Assembly (NCBI GenBank): GCA_004431415.1 | Contig: QPMI01000107.1 | Coordinates: 62,001 to 126,000, forward strand | Length of the DNA: 64,000 bases | Reading direction: 5' to 3' | DNA from: Cyanophora paradoxa CCMP329 | Lineage: Eukaryota; Plantae; Glaucophyta | Part shown: positions 11,301 to 23,257 of the stretch, in pieces | Layout of the letters: every line of letters starts with the position of its first letter | Position numbering within the stretch: the first letter of the stretch is position 1 | The notes under the pieces: model-generated | Seen by the model: only the letters and a program-made list of their open reading frames with translations | The model's database searches: none | Told to the model about the DNA's origin: nothing | Translations under genes and position numbers: made by a program

Positions 11301-14300
11301 CGTCGGCGCCGTCAGCCGAGCAAAGGGCGGACGGCGCGGGCGGGCGCGGGCGGGGCGGACGTCGGGGTGGCCGTAGTGGCAGCGGACGCCCATGAGGGCG
11401 TAGCCGCGGTGCGTGAGGGTGACGAAGACGCGCTCGGTGAGGCCGGAGAGGTGCCCCACGATGTTCCAGTTGGTCGTGAAGAGGTGCTCGGGGTAGCCGA
11501 CGATGACGGCGCGCTTGTCCAGCGCGAACTCGCGCAGCGCCGACGGCACCTTGAACGCCTCCTCCACGTAGAAATCCTGCCCGACGCGGTGAGCCGGCCT
11601 GCGGCAGTTCACAAGACGAGCAGCAGAGCCCGCACCTGGTTGCAGTCGATGGCCATGATGTACTGGTGGTCCACGAACGGCATGCAGTGGTTCTGGTTCT
11701 CGCCCTTCGGGTACATGAGGATGGGCCTGCCCCGGCAGGCGGGCGTCAGCGCGAAGCGGAGGGGACGTACTGCATGCGCACCGACCACCACTTGAGGCCC
11801 TCGCCCTCCCCCGTCGTGTCGATGAAGACCATCTCCATGTCCGGGTTCGACTTGAGCACGATGCAGCAGTCGTGGTACTTGGAGCGCTCGAAGGCCTTGC
11901 GCTTCCGCTCCTCGGGGTCCTTGGGGATCGTGCCCCGCGTCTCGTGGGCGCGCTTGTACTTGCGGAACTCCTGGTAGCCCCAGACGAGCTGGTACTTGTC
12001 GCGCACGGCCTCGTGCACCTGCTCGTCCGTCCACTCCGGGTGCGAGGCGCGGCAGAGGACCTCGTACGCCGTGTGCATCCCCTTGAGACCGTGCAGCGAG
12101 CGCGCGATCGGCTGGAAGCGCATCGAGGCCCACACGCGGATCGACTCCTTCTCGTCCTGGCTCAGCTGCGGAAAGATGCCGCGGATGTCGCCGGGGAGGT
12201 TGGAGCTGAGGACGGACTTGAGGAAGGCCTCGGCGCTGGGGTTGAACTTCTGGCGCTCGAGGAAGGCGTCCCACTCGTACTGGTGCTTGGTGATGATGTG
12301 CTCGAGGACGCAGTGGCCGGAGGACTCGCGCTGGAGGAGGTCGTCCTCGGTGTAGATGACGGCCTCCTCGCCGCAGGGGACCAGCGTCGTGATGGTGGGG
12401 ATGCCGTCGAAGCCGAGGGTCGTCGCCTCGGGGAACTCCATGAGGAGGCCCGAGATGAAGGTGAGGATGCGGCGGCGGGCCTCGTGCGACTCCACGATCG
12501 AGATGCGGGGGACGGCGTCCAGGCGGCCCTCCCGCAGCAGCAGCGCGTCGTAGTGCGCCGTGTTCAGGTAGTTCCGGTCGTAGAGGTCCTTCATGAAGAG
12601 GTTCCACGCCTGGGCCCAGTACTTGAGCTTGAGGTGGTCGGGGAGCCACTTGGGCAGTATTCGGTCGACGAAGCGCCAGCGGGCGAGGCGGAACTCGGCC
12701 ATCGCCTCGAGCTTGTGCTTGACGTCCATGAAGCCCTTGAACTTGCCCGTCACGAACGCGACCAGCGAGAGCAGCACCGTGTACACGATGTACGACGAGA
12801 TCTGTCGGGGCCCCGCGTCGGCGCGGCGAGCTCGAGGGCGGGGGCGGGCCGGCGGGGGCGCGGCGCGCGCGCACGATGAAGAGGAACGAGGCGGGGAACC
12901 AGAGGAAGATGAGGCACTGCGCGATCTCCGCGTTGTTGCCGGTCTCGAAGATGGTGATGGTCGGCTCCTTGATGTTCTCGAAGAGCGTGAACTGGTCGAT
13001 GACGGTCGTGACGGCGTGCACAACGATGACGAAGGGGATGCGGATGATGAGCGAGATGAGCTCCTTCTTGTCCATCGGGGCCTGCCGGTGGTCCGAGCGC
13101 ATGAAGGCGCCCAGGTTGCCGACGTCGATCATGAAGCAGAGGCGGAGGAGGATCTCGAGGGAGACGCCGGCCGCGTGCGTCAGCATCATCACGTTGAACC
13201 AGTGCCACTCGCGCGTGTCGAACGTGTAGCAGATGTGGCCCATGAAGCGCATCAGGCCGAGGTGCCCCAGGTTGCTGTAGTTGCGGAGCACGGTGAAGAT
13301 GCCGGGGAGCCAGAGGCGGCGGCGGGAGCGCTCCTTGTAGGTCTTGAGGATGGTGTGCGGCTGGTACGGCTTCTCCGAGTCGTCGGAGAGGATGTTGAAC
13401 TTCTTGAGGACGTGGACGACCTTCTCGCCGGGCACCATCGCGAGCTCGTTCACCGTGTCCGTGAGCTTGCTCAGCTTCTTGCTCTTCCGCATGGTCTTGA
13501 TCACGTTCGCCTCCGCGTTGGCGCCCACGACGGCGCGCTTGCCGCCGACGATCTGCACGAAGTCGAAGCCCTTGCCGATGTTGAGGCCGAGCTGCGAGAT
13601 CTGCTCCGCGAGCTCGAGGTCGCCGTCGGTGTCGGGCGGCGTGCGCTGCCGCCACTCGCGCTCGCAGTTGAGCTTGCCCGTGAAGGTGGTGGCCCAGCGG
13701 GACCACCAGTCGAGGGCGGCGCGCTCGTGGTAGACCTCGACGCCCGACTGGATGCGGAGCGAGACGGCGAACGCGATGTCGTCGCGCCCCACGTCCCACA
13801 CGATCTCCGGGTTCAGGTGCATCTCCGAGATGTCCTGGTACTGCGCACCGCCCGTTCTCTGTTGGCCGGCGCGGCGCGCAGGGGAGCGGGGCGGGGCGGG
13901 GCGGCGGGGGCGCACGATGACGTAGTCCTGCTGGGAGCGGTTGCGGATGCGGAACTCCTTGCTGGCCTCCATGACACGGTACCAGAAGCCGATCTCCGCC
14001 CGCACGTAGTCCCCCGGCCGGCACGTCAGCGGCTTTCCGTCCTTCTTGGCCTTTAAAATCCTCTTACCTGCCGCGGCGCGTCGGCGAGGCGAGGCGCGGC
14101 GGCGGCCGGGCGTAACGGGGCGGGGCGGGGCCGGGCGGACATGCGAAGTAGAGGAAGGCGAGTATGGGGGCGTGGCGGAAGTTGGCGGCGGCGCAGTAGA
14201 TGTGCTCGAAGAGGAGCAAGTCCTCCATGATCTGCCGGCAGTCTGCCGCCCCGCCCCGCGTCAGGCGACGCGCGCGGAGGCGGGCGGGGCGGGGCGGGGG

Positions 14301-15912
14301 CGGGGGCGGGGCGCGCCGTTGCCCTCCTCGGAGAGGTCCTGGGCCTCGGTGGAGAAGCCGATGGCGCCGGCGTGCTTTCCGGCGCGGATCCAGAGGTAGA
14401 GGGAGAGGATGAACGTGCACGTCGTGCGCGGCGCGTCCAGCAGGAAGATGTTGCAGATCCACCAGATCGACCCTGCGCACCCCGCGCCTCGACCCTCGCC
14501 CCGCGGCCAAGGCGAGGCGGCACGGCGCACCGGCGGCGCGGCGGAGCCAGACGGGGATGCGCGCCGTCTTCCGCATCGTCTCGCGCCACTGCATCGAGGC
14601 CCTGCGGCGGCAACGGCGCCGGCGGCTCGGCACGCGGACGGGCGGGCGGCGGGCCGAGGGCGGCGGGTCGCACTCGAGCATGCGACGGTGGTGGTCGATG
14701 AGGGCGGCCTTGGCGGTCACGCCGAGCGGCGCCGTCACCACGGCGTCGCGCACCGCCTTCTTCACGCGCCGCCGCGCCCGCTGCCGCACCTCCTGCGCGA
14801 ACCCTGCGCGGCGCTGCGTCGGGCGGCGCGGCGGGGCGGGCGCGGGGGGCGCACCCCAGCCGCCGTCGGCGTCGATGACGTTGGACTTGGCGATGAGGAG
14901 CGCGACGAAGTCCTTGCGCTCCTCGGGGTGCACCGCGCTCTCCCCCTTCGGCCACGCGCCCCGTGTCGCGTCGTCGCCGGCCGCGAGCGCCGCCCACCGG
15001 TTCTTGGCGCCCCCCTTGAAGGCGTCCAGCGCCTGGCCCAGCTTGGCGTTGGGGTCGCGCTCGGCGCCCATGCCCTGCTTGCCGCGCGCGTTGGGGTTGC
15101 CGGCCGGCGTCATGCCCCACGAGCTGCGCGCGTCGGGCTCCGAGAGCTGCGCCACGGTGAACTCGTCGACCAGCGGGATGAAGTGCTGCAGGTTCTCGGT
15201 CGGCTCCACGTTCGATCCCGAGCCGCTCGTCGAGGGCACGACGATCGCCCGGTCGTCGCCCTCGAGCCCTGTCGACCCCTGTCAGCCAGCGGCCCGCACC
15301 ACACTCTGCGGCACGCAGAAATCTGCGCGACGGGGCGGCCTGCGCACCTCGATGGAAGCGATTTGACACCGGCATAGCGAAAAAGCGCTCCGCGGCGGGC
15401 ACTGGGGCGGCGGTTGGCACGCTGACGGGCTCGGAGGCCGTCAAGAAAAGTCAGACGGACCTTTGGGACCGTCACCGTCGGCATCTTCAGCTTCATTCGA
15501 CTGTGCCATGGCGGCTGTCAAAGTTGCCGGTGTCTCCGCGAACTTGACCGAAGGCGGTGCCGGTCCGGCCGGACTGGCGGCCGCAACTGACGTGGCAGCG
15601 AACGAGGACACCGCGCTTTGTGACGTTGCAACAAGCGGGGGAGGTCTCTTTGATAGGTTTCGAGAGCGGACGTTAGCGGATCGCTGGCCGGAAGATTGTG
15701 GGCCAGCGTACCGGAGGTGCGAGTGCCGACTTCAGCGGGGCTACGCCAGCCCCTTGTAGGGAAGCGGGCGCAGGTGCAGGCGTCGAAAAGCCCGCGAAGC
15801 CCAGAGCGTCGGCCGACGCGGCCGGTGCGACGGGCGCTGCCGGCGTGTTCTGGGCGGATGCGGCCGCCTCCTGTGCCGCGACCTCCCGGAGGCGAGCCAG
15901 CAGGCTCGCCAT
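8322..15912 (-). CDS. 1,3-beta-glucan synthase (GT48; FKS/callose synthase family), multi-exon
   Basis: Family motifs WASMRFQPIARSLHG, KGENQNHC..IDCNQ|DFYVEEAFK, HYGHPD, SEDIFMG, YLQAGKARD, KISQGGAQVSMSREY and YIASGRAF, with N- and C-terminal TM clusters. The start at 15912 is joined in frame through an intron (GTACGC..GCTAAC..AAAG). Stop TGA at 8322. Confidence 0.9.
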
Positions 15913-16537
15913 CTTTGGCTGAGCCTGTCGCATCGAAGTCAGACACGTCTGCGGGCGCCCCACAAAATGCTGTCTTTCGGAGGATTGTGTCCGACGCACC
16001 GCCGACATCGTCTCGTCTGTAGGTTCCTCTTCTCAGGCGGTTGCGACCATGCAGTGTGCTGCGAGAAGAACTGCCCGCTGCCCTGTGCGGAGCGAGACGT
16101 CGACAAGCTGGCACTCTTGGGGGGTACCGCACGCTCCGAGTGTAGGGAGGGTCTTCTGGAGCTTTTTGGGGTGCGCTAGATTGTGTTCTAGATTGATCTT
16201 AGCAGTGTTCGGCGCCGGCCGACCGCCGGCTTCCAGAATCTAGAATCTAGATGAGATCTAGAGTCATGAGACCTAGTAGCGCTAGCGCGCTAGCGCTGCT
16301 GCGCAGTGCGCAGTGCGCACTGCGGCACACGACCCTGCGGCGGCAGGCACGCGGCTGCGTCGCGGCATGCGCACTGCCGCAGTGCCAGGCTGCGGCGGCA
16401 GGCGCTGAGCTGCGCATGCATACGACAGTGTGATCATGACCAATGCAGCAGTGCGCGCTCACGTCAATCGATATCAGCCCCGATATCGATTGGATCCGGA
16501 GTTACCATGGTACGTACAGGAGTCCAGATGATGAGCG

Positions 16538-18689
16538 CTAGCGCACCACGAGCAACCGTTGAACATCTCGACGGGCGGCGGGCTGGGGGCAGAGGCGGCG
16601 GGCGCGGGGGCGTCCACTGTGGCCGGACTTCGTGTGCGGGAGGAGGAAGACGGCAGCGATGCGAGGGTGCAGGGGCGGGGTTGGGGCGGCGGGGGCGCCC
16701 CCGGTAGGCAGGATCCGGAGGAGGCCTAGAGTGAGGCGGCGGAGGCGCGGGGCCGGCGGGGCGACGGGAGGTCCCCAGCGTTCAGCACGGCGGCGGGAGC
16801 GCGCACCGCAGCGGACGTCTCCCGGGCGTATCGCGGCCCCGGGGCGGCGGGCGGCGGCGAGGGCGGCGGCCGCGAGGGCCGCCCGCAACTCCGCCGCGGT
16901 AGGGACGGAGTACGAAGCGAGCCAGGACGCGGGCCGCACCTCCCTGCCGGAAATTCGATCAGAATGCAGTTTCAAGGGAAGTCGGGCGGGCGCCGAGCGC
17001 GGGCGGTGCGCACTTTGCGGGGCAGGCGGCGGGGCCAGGGGCCGGGGGCGTGGTGAAGGAACTCGCGGTGGATGCAGCGCGCCGCGTCCTCGTGCCCCGC
17101 CTAAACCCCGTCAGCCGCAGCGCGGCAGGGGCGCCGGCGCGAGGGGCGGGCGCGCCGCCAGGACGAGGTGGCGGAGGAGGCCGCAGGCCGTCCGGCGGCG
17201 CTTCGGCGCGCGGCCGGCGGCGGCGGGGCGGGCGGGGGCGGCGGGTCGCCGAAGAGGCGGCGGTCGGTGAGGCGGGGCCCGAACTTGGCCCGCAGCGCCG
17301 CCGCCTCCAGCAGCCTGTCGCACGCGCCCGTCGGCCGCCGGCGGGGCCGGCAGCGAGGCCACAGCGCACCACGCCGCCTCGGGGCCCGTCATCACGTCGA
17401 AGAAGTGCCCGGCCGGCGGGCGTGCGCCCGGCGGTGCGGGCGGGGCCGGGCCGGGCCCAGGCGGCGCAGGCGCGAGCAGCTCGACCGAAGTGCGGGCGCA
17501 GCAGAGGTACCCCTGCACCCGCCGGGCCCCGTCAGCCCGGGGGAGCGGGGAAGGGAGGGGAGGGCGACGAGCGCGCCAGCAGGCGGCCTGCAGGCGGAGG
17601 GCGTGGACGGGGGCGAGGCGGACGCGGGCGCCGGGCGGAAGGCGGCGCCCAGGCCCCGAGGGGCACGTGCGTCAGGTAGACGCGCGTGGGCGGGCCGCCG
17701 CCCGCGGGGGCCACCCGCCAGACCGCGCCCCCGCCCCGGGGAGCTCCTCCGCCCCTCCAGGCGCCCCGCCACGCCCAGCAAGGAAGGCTCCCCGGCTCCT
17801 CGTCGGGCGGCGGCGCCAGGGCGTCCGCGGCGAGCCCGCAGGCGGCCGCACACGCGGCGGCGGCCTCCGGGAGGAGGCGAGCGGGGACGGGAGGAGGAGG
17901 GAGGCGGGGCGGGCCCCGAGGCGGGCGAGTCGACGAGGGCGGGCGCCGCGTGGGGCCGCCCGGCGAGGAGCATCGCCGGCCGCAGGCGCGTCGCGTAGAG
18001 AACGAGGCCCGGGTGCAGGAGGGGCCGCTGCCGCACGCCCGCCTCGCCTCTCACCACGACCTGCAGCGGCCGCGCGGGGCCGAGCTCCGCACCGAGGGCC
18101 GGGGCGGCCTCGAGGAAGAAGAAGGGGCGCGGCCCCTCCGCCGTCTCGGCGACGTACGCGGCGCTCACCGCCGCGACCCGCACGAGGCCGCTCAGCAGTG
18201 GCCTCCGCCCGCCGGCCGCGAGCTCCGGCAGGCGCCGCAGGGCGTCGGCGAGCGCCGCGGGGCTCGTCGGCGGGTGATCGCGCAGGACGCGCCCGAATGC
18301 CGCCGCGAAGTCGAAGTCGCCGTCGGCGGGCTGTGCGCCGCAGAGCTCGAGCGCCGGCGGGTCGCCCGCAGCGCGGCACGCGTGCTTAAAGGACCACAGC
18401 CGATCCAAGGGGAACGGGTGCTCGACAAGCTCGCGCGCCACGACGAAGCACGGCTCCGCGTCCTCAACATTGTCGCAGGTGCCCTGGCCGGCCCCCTCGT
18501 CTCCAACCTGCGTTTCAAGTTCGAATCAATTGCAAGCGCGTACGTGCTGCGGCAACGCCGGGCAGTCACCGATGCGCGTACGAGCGCGTATGGAGCCTCT
18601 CCCCGTGCAATACAAGCTGCTGGTCGCGTCAGCAGCCGCCCTGTCGTCGTCTGCAGCTCGAGTGTGGTCGTGTTCGCCGTCGTCTGCAT
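16538..18689 (-). pseudogene. Truncated inverted duplicate of the 5' part of the CTC1-like gene
   Basis: Its reverse complement matches 27830-~30290. It is near-identical over ~17100-18689 and more diverged distally, with an internal deletion. It lacks the C-terminal half, and its upstream region is cut by the transposon at 18775. Confidence 0.75.
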
Positions 18690-18774
18690 TCCAATTGCCT
18701 GTGGCGCTTGCGCTCGTGCACGCTGGAGCAACGCGGAAGCTGCATGGCCAGTTGTTACTCGCGAAAATGCGTAT
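16540..18774. repeat. Left arm (distal part) of large inverted duplication
   Basis: Reverse complement of ~27745-30292. Confidence 0.9.
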
Positions 18775-20129
18775 CACAGGGACGAATAGCTAGTTGACAG
18801 CTAGTTGACAGCTAGTTATCTATCTCACGAGGTTTGCAAATCCTAGATATTATCTAGTTGTTATCTAGTGGTCATCTAGACGTCATCTAGTAGTTATCTA
18901 GACGTCATCTAGAGACGCCTTCCCACCTATCATTCCCACCCTACCGCCAGCAGCAGCACGGTGATTACAACAGCCTTCATTCACACTGACACACTTGGCT
19001 AGCTAGCGCTATGCTAGGCTACGCTAAGCTAGCTAGGCTGCACAACCTGCACTACGCTAAGTTGCCGCCTTCGCCGCGCCTTGCCAGCGCCATTGAGTCG
19101 CCCGCTAAGAAATGGCCGTGTTGCCGCCCAGGAAGGCCGCCGCCGCCGCCGCGCCGCCGCCGCCGCGCCGCCGCCGCCATCTCTCTGACCTGCAAGCCAT
19201 GTGAACGTCGTGCAACGGACAAGCTAAAGGGCGTAGCTACGCACTAGAACACTCATAAAGACTAGGTCTACGAGGGATGTGCGCTCCTATAACGCGAGCA
19301 AGCGCAATCGCAAAGTGACACGCACCAGATGCGGAGATGCCTGCGCGGAGCGATCAGATAGCTGAGCATTTCCGACGGTCATGAAGCCTTGTGGGGCACC
19401 GTGGCACACGTTAGTCACGGCTCGGCGGCCACGGCTGGTCGGACCTGACAAAGACTTCGGAGAATGCATCTTCGGGTCGCTTGTCCGTCCTGAAGAGATA
19501 GTCAGCCAGTGTGGCACACGCTGGGACAACCGGACGGCCGCAGACCGACTGCGGTCGACGTCCGTTAGTCCGACCTGTGCGTGAACAAGACAGGACCTGC
19601 GCGTGAAAAGAACGCAAACACGCGCTAGGGGCCGCAGCTGAACGCTGCTGCTCGTGCGCGGGTTAGCTGATGCAGCTTTTGGAAGCTGAGGCCGTTGCCG
19701 AAGGTTTGTGGGATGTGTACCCTTGCTTCAAGCCTGCTACCCCTGCGAGACTGCCAGTCTAGTGTGTCAGACAAGCCTGCTACAGAGACCGCGGCACCCG
19801 CAGGCGCAGCCACGCAGCACGACCGAATGGGCGAGAGAGTCCAAGAACACCAAGAACTGGCGCGGCGCGCTATGGCGAGAGGCAACCGATACACAGCCCG
19901 AGCCGCTAGCGAGCGAAAAGCTTTGTGCGGGCCACTTCTAGTACAATGTCTCCTACGAGTCCCCAGGGCTGAGTACTCCGTGGCGCAGGGCGACTCGGCG
20001 ACACAGCGCAGGTGCTGACGCAGCGCGATCCATGCGGGGACCCGCCCTTGCGGCAAGCGACATGAACAGTTCGTACCACGCTTAAAAGTTTTCTCATAGA
20101 CAAGTCATGGGGCCGCCGCATGGGGCCGA

Positions 20130-20910
20130 CGCGCGGGCGGGCGGAGCAGAGGCGCAGCGGCGCGGCTCGCCGGGCGGGCGGCGGCGCGGCGGGCGGAGGC
20201 GCGGCTCACTGAGAGGGTTGCAGGACGGGGCGAAGGCGCGGCGGGCGGCTCGGCGGTGCGGCATCTCGCCAGGCGGCGCGGGAGGCGCGGCGGGCGGCGG
20301 CGGGGCTCGCCGGGCGGGCGGAGGCGCGGCGGCGGGGCTCGCCGGGCGGGGCGGAGGCGCGGTGGGCAGCGGCGCGGCTCGCCGGGCGGGGGCGGAGGCG
20401 CGGCGGGCAGCGACGGGGCTCGCCGGGCGGGGCGGAGGCGCGGCGGGCGACGGCGCGGCTCGCCGGGCGGGGCGGAGGCGCGGCGGGCAGCGACGGGGCT
20501 CGCCGGGCGGGGAAGGCGCAGCGGGCGGCGGGGAGGCTCGCGGGCGGGGCCCAGCTCTGGCGCGCGGCAGCGGGCTTCGTCGCACGGGGCGGAGGCGCGG
20601 CGGGCGGCGGCGGGGCTCGCCGGGCGGGCGGAGGCGCGGCGGGCGCCGGCGCGGCTCGCCACACGAGGCGGGAGGCGCGGCGGGCGGCGGCGCGGCTCGC
20701 TGCACAGGGCGGGAGGCGCGGCGGGCGGCGGCGAGGCTCGCCGCACGCGGCAGAGGCGCGGCGGGCGGCGGCGAGGCTCGCCGCACGCGGGGAGGCACGG
20801 CGGGCGGCGGCGGGGCTCGCCGGGCGGGGCGGAGGCGCGGCGGCGGGGCTCGCCGGGCGGGGCGGAGGCGCGGTGGGCAGCGGCGCGGCTCGCCGGGCGG
20901 GGGCGGAGGC
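20130..20910. repeat. GC-rich minisatellite, ~40-bp unit (GGCGGAGGCGCGGCGGGCGGCGGCGGGGCTCGCCGGGCG-like)
   Basis: Degenerate tandem copies visible directly. Confidence 0.85.
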
Positions 20911-21304
20911 GTACTTTAAGAGGTTTCTCAGGGTAAGTTCGCACTCTCCAATGTGATTGGCTAGCGCGCGCGGCGTCCTCCCTCGCGACCGCGCTCGTGC
21001 CCGGCCTCGTTCCTGCAGAACGAAATGTCAAGCATGATGCAAGCATTGACCTCGAACTGGTCTGGCCCGTATATCTGCTCCCTGTGCGTCGCTGGACCCA
21101 TTTTTGTCCCGGGTGTTGGTGCCTGTTCCTGGATCACCCTTTGGTCGGACGGGACCGGGAGACACGGTTTCGGGGTCCCCTGGGGATGGGCTTTCAGGGT
21201 GTATCGCGCGGCCCGGGTTTTGAGGAGGTCGGGGAAACGCGATTTGGGGTAGGGTTGGGCCCAAAGGAGAGGGACAGGGGAAGTGTTTTACCCTTCCCCA
21301 ATAA
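20911..21304. repeat. Dispersed diverged repeat, copy 1 (partner at 24438-24785)
   Basis: Both copies start GTACTTTA, end CCTTCCCCAATAA and share internal blocks (TTCCTGG, GACGGGACC, CCCGGGTTTTG..GGAGGTCGGG). Confidence 0.65.
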
Positions 21305-22053
21305 ACTGAATCCCAATGTAATCGGCCTTGGGGAAAGGAGAGGCCCTTAGGTCTGTGCCTGTCTTGTCAGTGGATTCAAAATGCGATTCAGGTCAAAATT
21401 TTTGGACCTAGGTACCCATTTTTGACCCTAGGGAACACGATGGCGGCGCTACTTTTCAAATGTGACACCTCTAACATGCACTAACAGCACGTACGAACGA
21501 AATTGTTCGCGTCAAGCCCGATCGCCATTTGCACAAAAAGTCAATTCACCCATTCACGGACAAGCGCGATTTTCATTGGTTCCAGCTTGCTTCCCCTTCG
21601 CCGATGGAAATTGCAAAGAGCCTCTGTACCCGGCTGGAAGGCTGGAGTCACTAGGCGCTTCGCCGGCGGAATCGCCGCGCGTCGCTTCGCAAACGATCGC
21701 GATCAACGTTAACGATCGAGCGCCAGCGCTAGCGCTGTAGCTAGCATGCGCCGGCGCCGGGCGCCGACGTCGACGTCGACGTCGCGATCGATATCGACGC
21801 CGGCGCCGCGGCCGCGCCAGAGGTGTTAGAGGCGTTGCTATACGACGAAGCCTAGCTATCGGCGTATACGTACGCGTATACGTGTCGCTGGCGCTAGCTA
21901 GCGCTAGACCAAGCTAGAAGCTACTAGGCGGCGTAGTCCTCTCAACAGTAACCGCGCGCGGTTGCGGGCCCCGTTTTAAAACAAAGAGCGGCCACCCTCA
22001 CCCCTTGAAACCCCAAGACCCAAGGCCACTCCTGCTCCGCAGGGACTCGCTTG

Positions 22054-22721
22054 TAGATGTTGGTTCTCAGGGCTCGGATGCAGGCGCGGGGCCCGCCCTG
22101 GGGAGGACGGGCGTGGTTCCGCGGGCCCATCATTCTCAGGTGCCCCCCTCACTCCCTCGAGGCGATTCTTCTGTGTCGCGCCCGGCGGCCCCGGCTCACC
22201 TTATATAAACTGAATCCCAATGTAATAGATGTTGGTTCTCAGGGCTCGGATGCAGGCGCGGGGCCCGCCCTGGGAGGACGGGCGTGGTTCCGCGGGCCCA
22301 TCATTCTCAGGTGCCCCCCTCACTCCCTCGAGGCGATTCTTCTGTGTCGCGCCCGGCGGCCCCGGCTCACCTTATATAAACTGAATCCCAATGTAATAGA
22401 TGTTGGTTCTCAGGGCTCGGATGCAGGCGCGGGGCCCGCCCTGGGGAGGACGGGCGTGGTTCCGCGGGCCCATCATTCTCAGGTGCCCCCCTCACTCCCT
22501 CGAGGCGATTCTTCTGTGTCGCGCCCGGCGGCCCCGGCTCACCTTATATAAACTGAATCCCAATGTAATAGATGTTGGTTCTCAGGGCTCGGATGCAGGC
22601 GCGGGGCCCGCCCTGTGGAGGACGGGCGCGGTTCCGCGGGCCCATCATTCTCAGGTGCCCCCCTCACTCCCTAGAGGCGATTCTTCTGTGTCGCGCCCGG
22701 CGGCCCCGGCTCACCTTATAT
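22054..22721. repeat. Tandem array of ~172-bp units (3.9 copies)
   Basis: Units start at 22054, 22226, 22397 and 22569 and are nearly identical. Confidence 0.95.
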
Positions 22722-23029
22722 GAACGGAACAGGGACACTGCTGTCGCAGTGGCCCTGTTGGAGGGGAAGGACCTCTAAGTTCTGAGCAGGAAATCATTGA
22801 ATGGCAGGTTTAGGTTACAATTACGAAGTTGCTCTGAGACATGGAGTCGTCTGATCATGAGTCTCTACCTATCCTAGCCTTAGAGGAGCATGTGGAACAT
22901 ATGACCTTGGCACTGCGTGAACGGGGAGAGATCTAGATCTAGAGCTGGGAAATTTGGGGGGGGGGGGATCCGGAGGGGGGGAGGGGGGGAGGGGGGGGGA
23001 GGGGAGGAGGATCCCGGAGGAGGAGGGAG

Positions 23030-23257
23030 GCGGGGGGAGGGCTCTTGTGGGCTGGGTGAAGAGAAAGGAAAGAAGGGAGGGGCGGAGTCGGGGGGAGAAA
23101 GGGTCTCGGAGGCCAATGAATCGAAGCTAGCTGTCTCGGCCCGAGGCGGGGGGGAGGGCTCTTGTGGGCTGGGTGAAGAGAAAGGGAAGAAGGGAGGGGC
23201 GGAGTCGGGGGGAGAAAGGGTCTCGGAGGCCAATGAATCGAAGCTAGCTGTCTCGGC
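23030..23257. repeat. Tandem duplication, 117-bp period (2 copies)
   Basis: GCTCTTGTGGGCTGGGTGAAGAG...GCTAGCTGTCTCGGC at 23041 and 23158. Confidence 0.9.

Noticed and set aside
20094-21046. Pro/Arg/Ala-rich ORFs here and at 24867-26130
   Set aside because: They result from stop-free GC minisatellites.
22054-22721. CRISPR-like appearance (22-nt motif separated by longer segments)
   Set aside because: The intervening segments are identical 150-bp copies rather than unique spacers. The context is eukaryotic and there are no cas genes.
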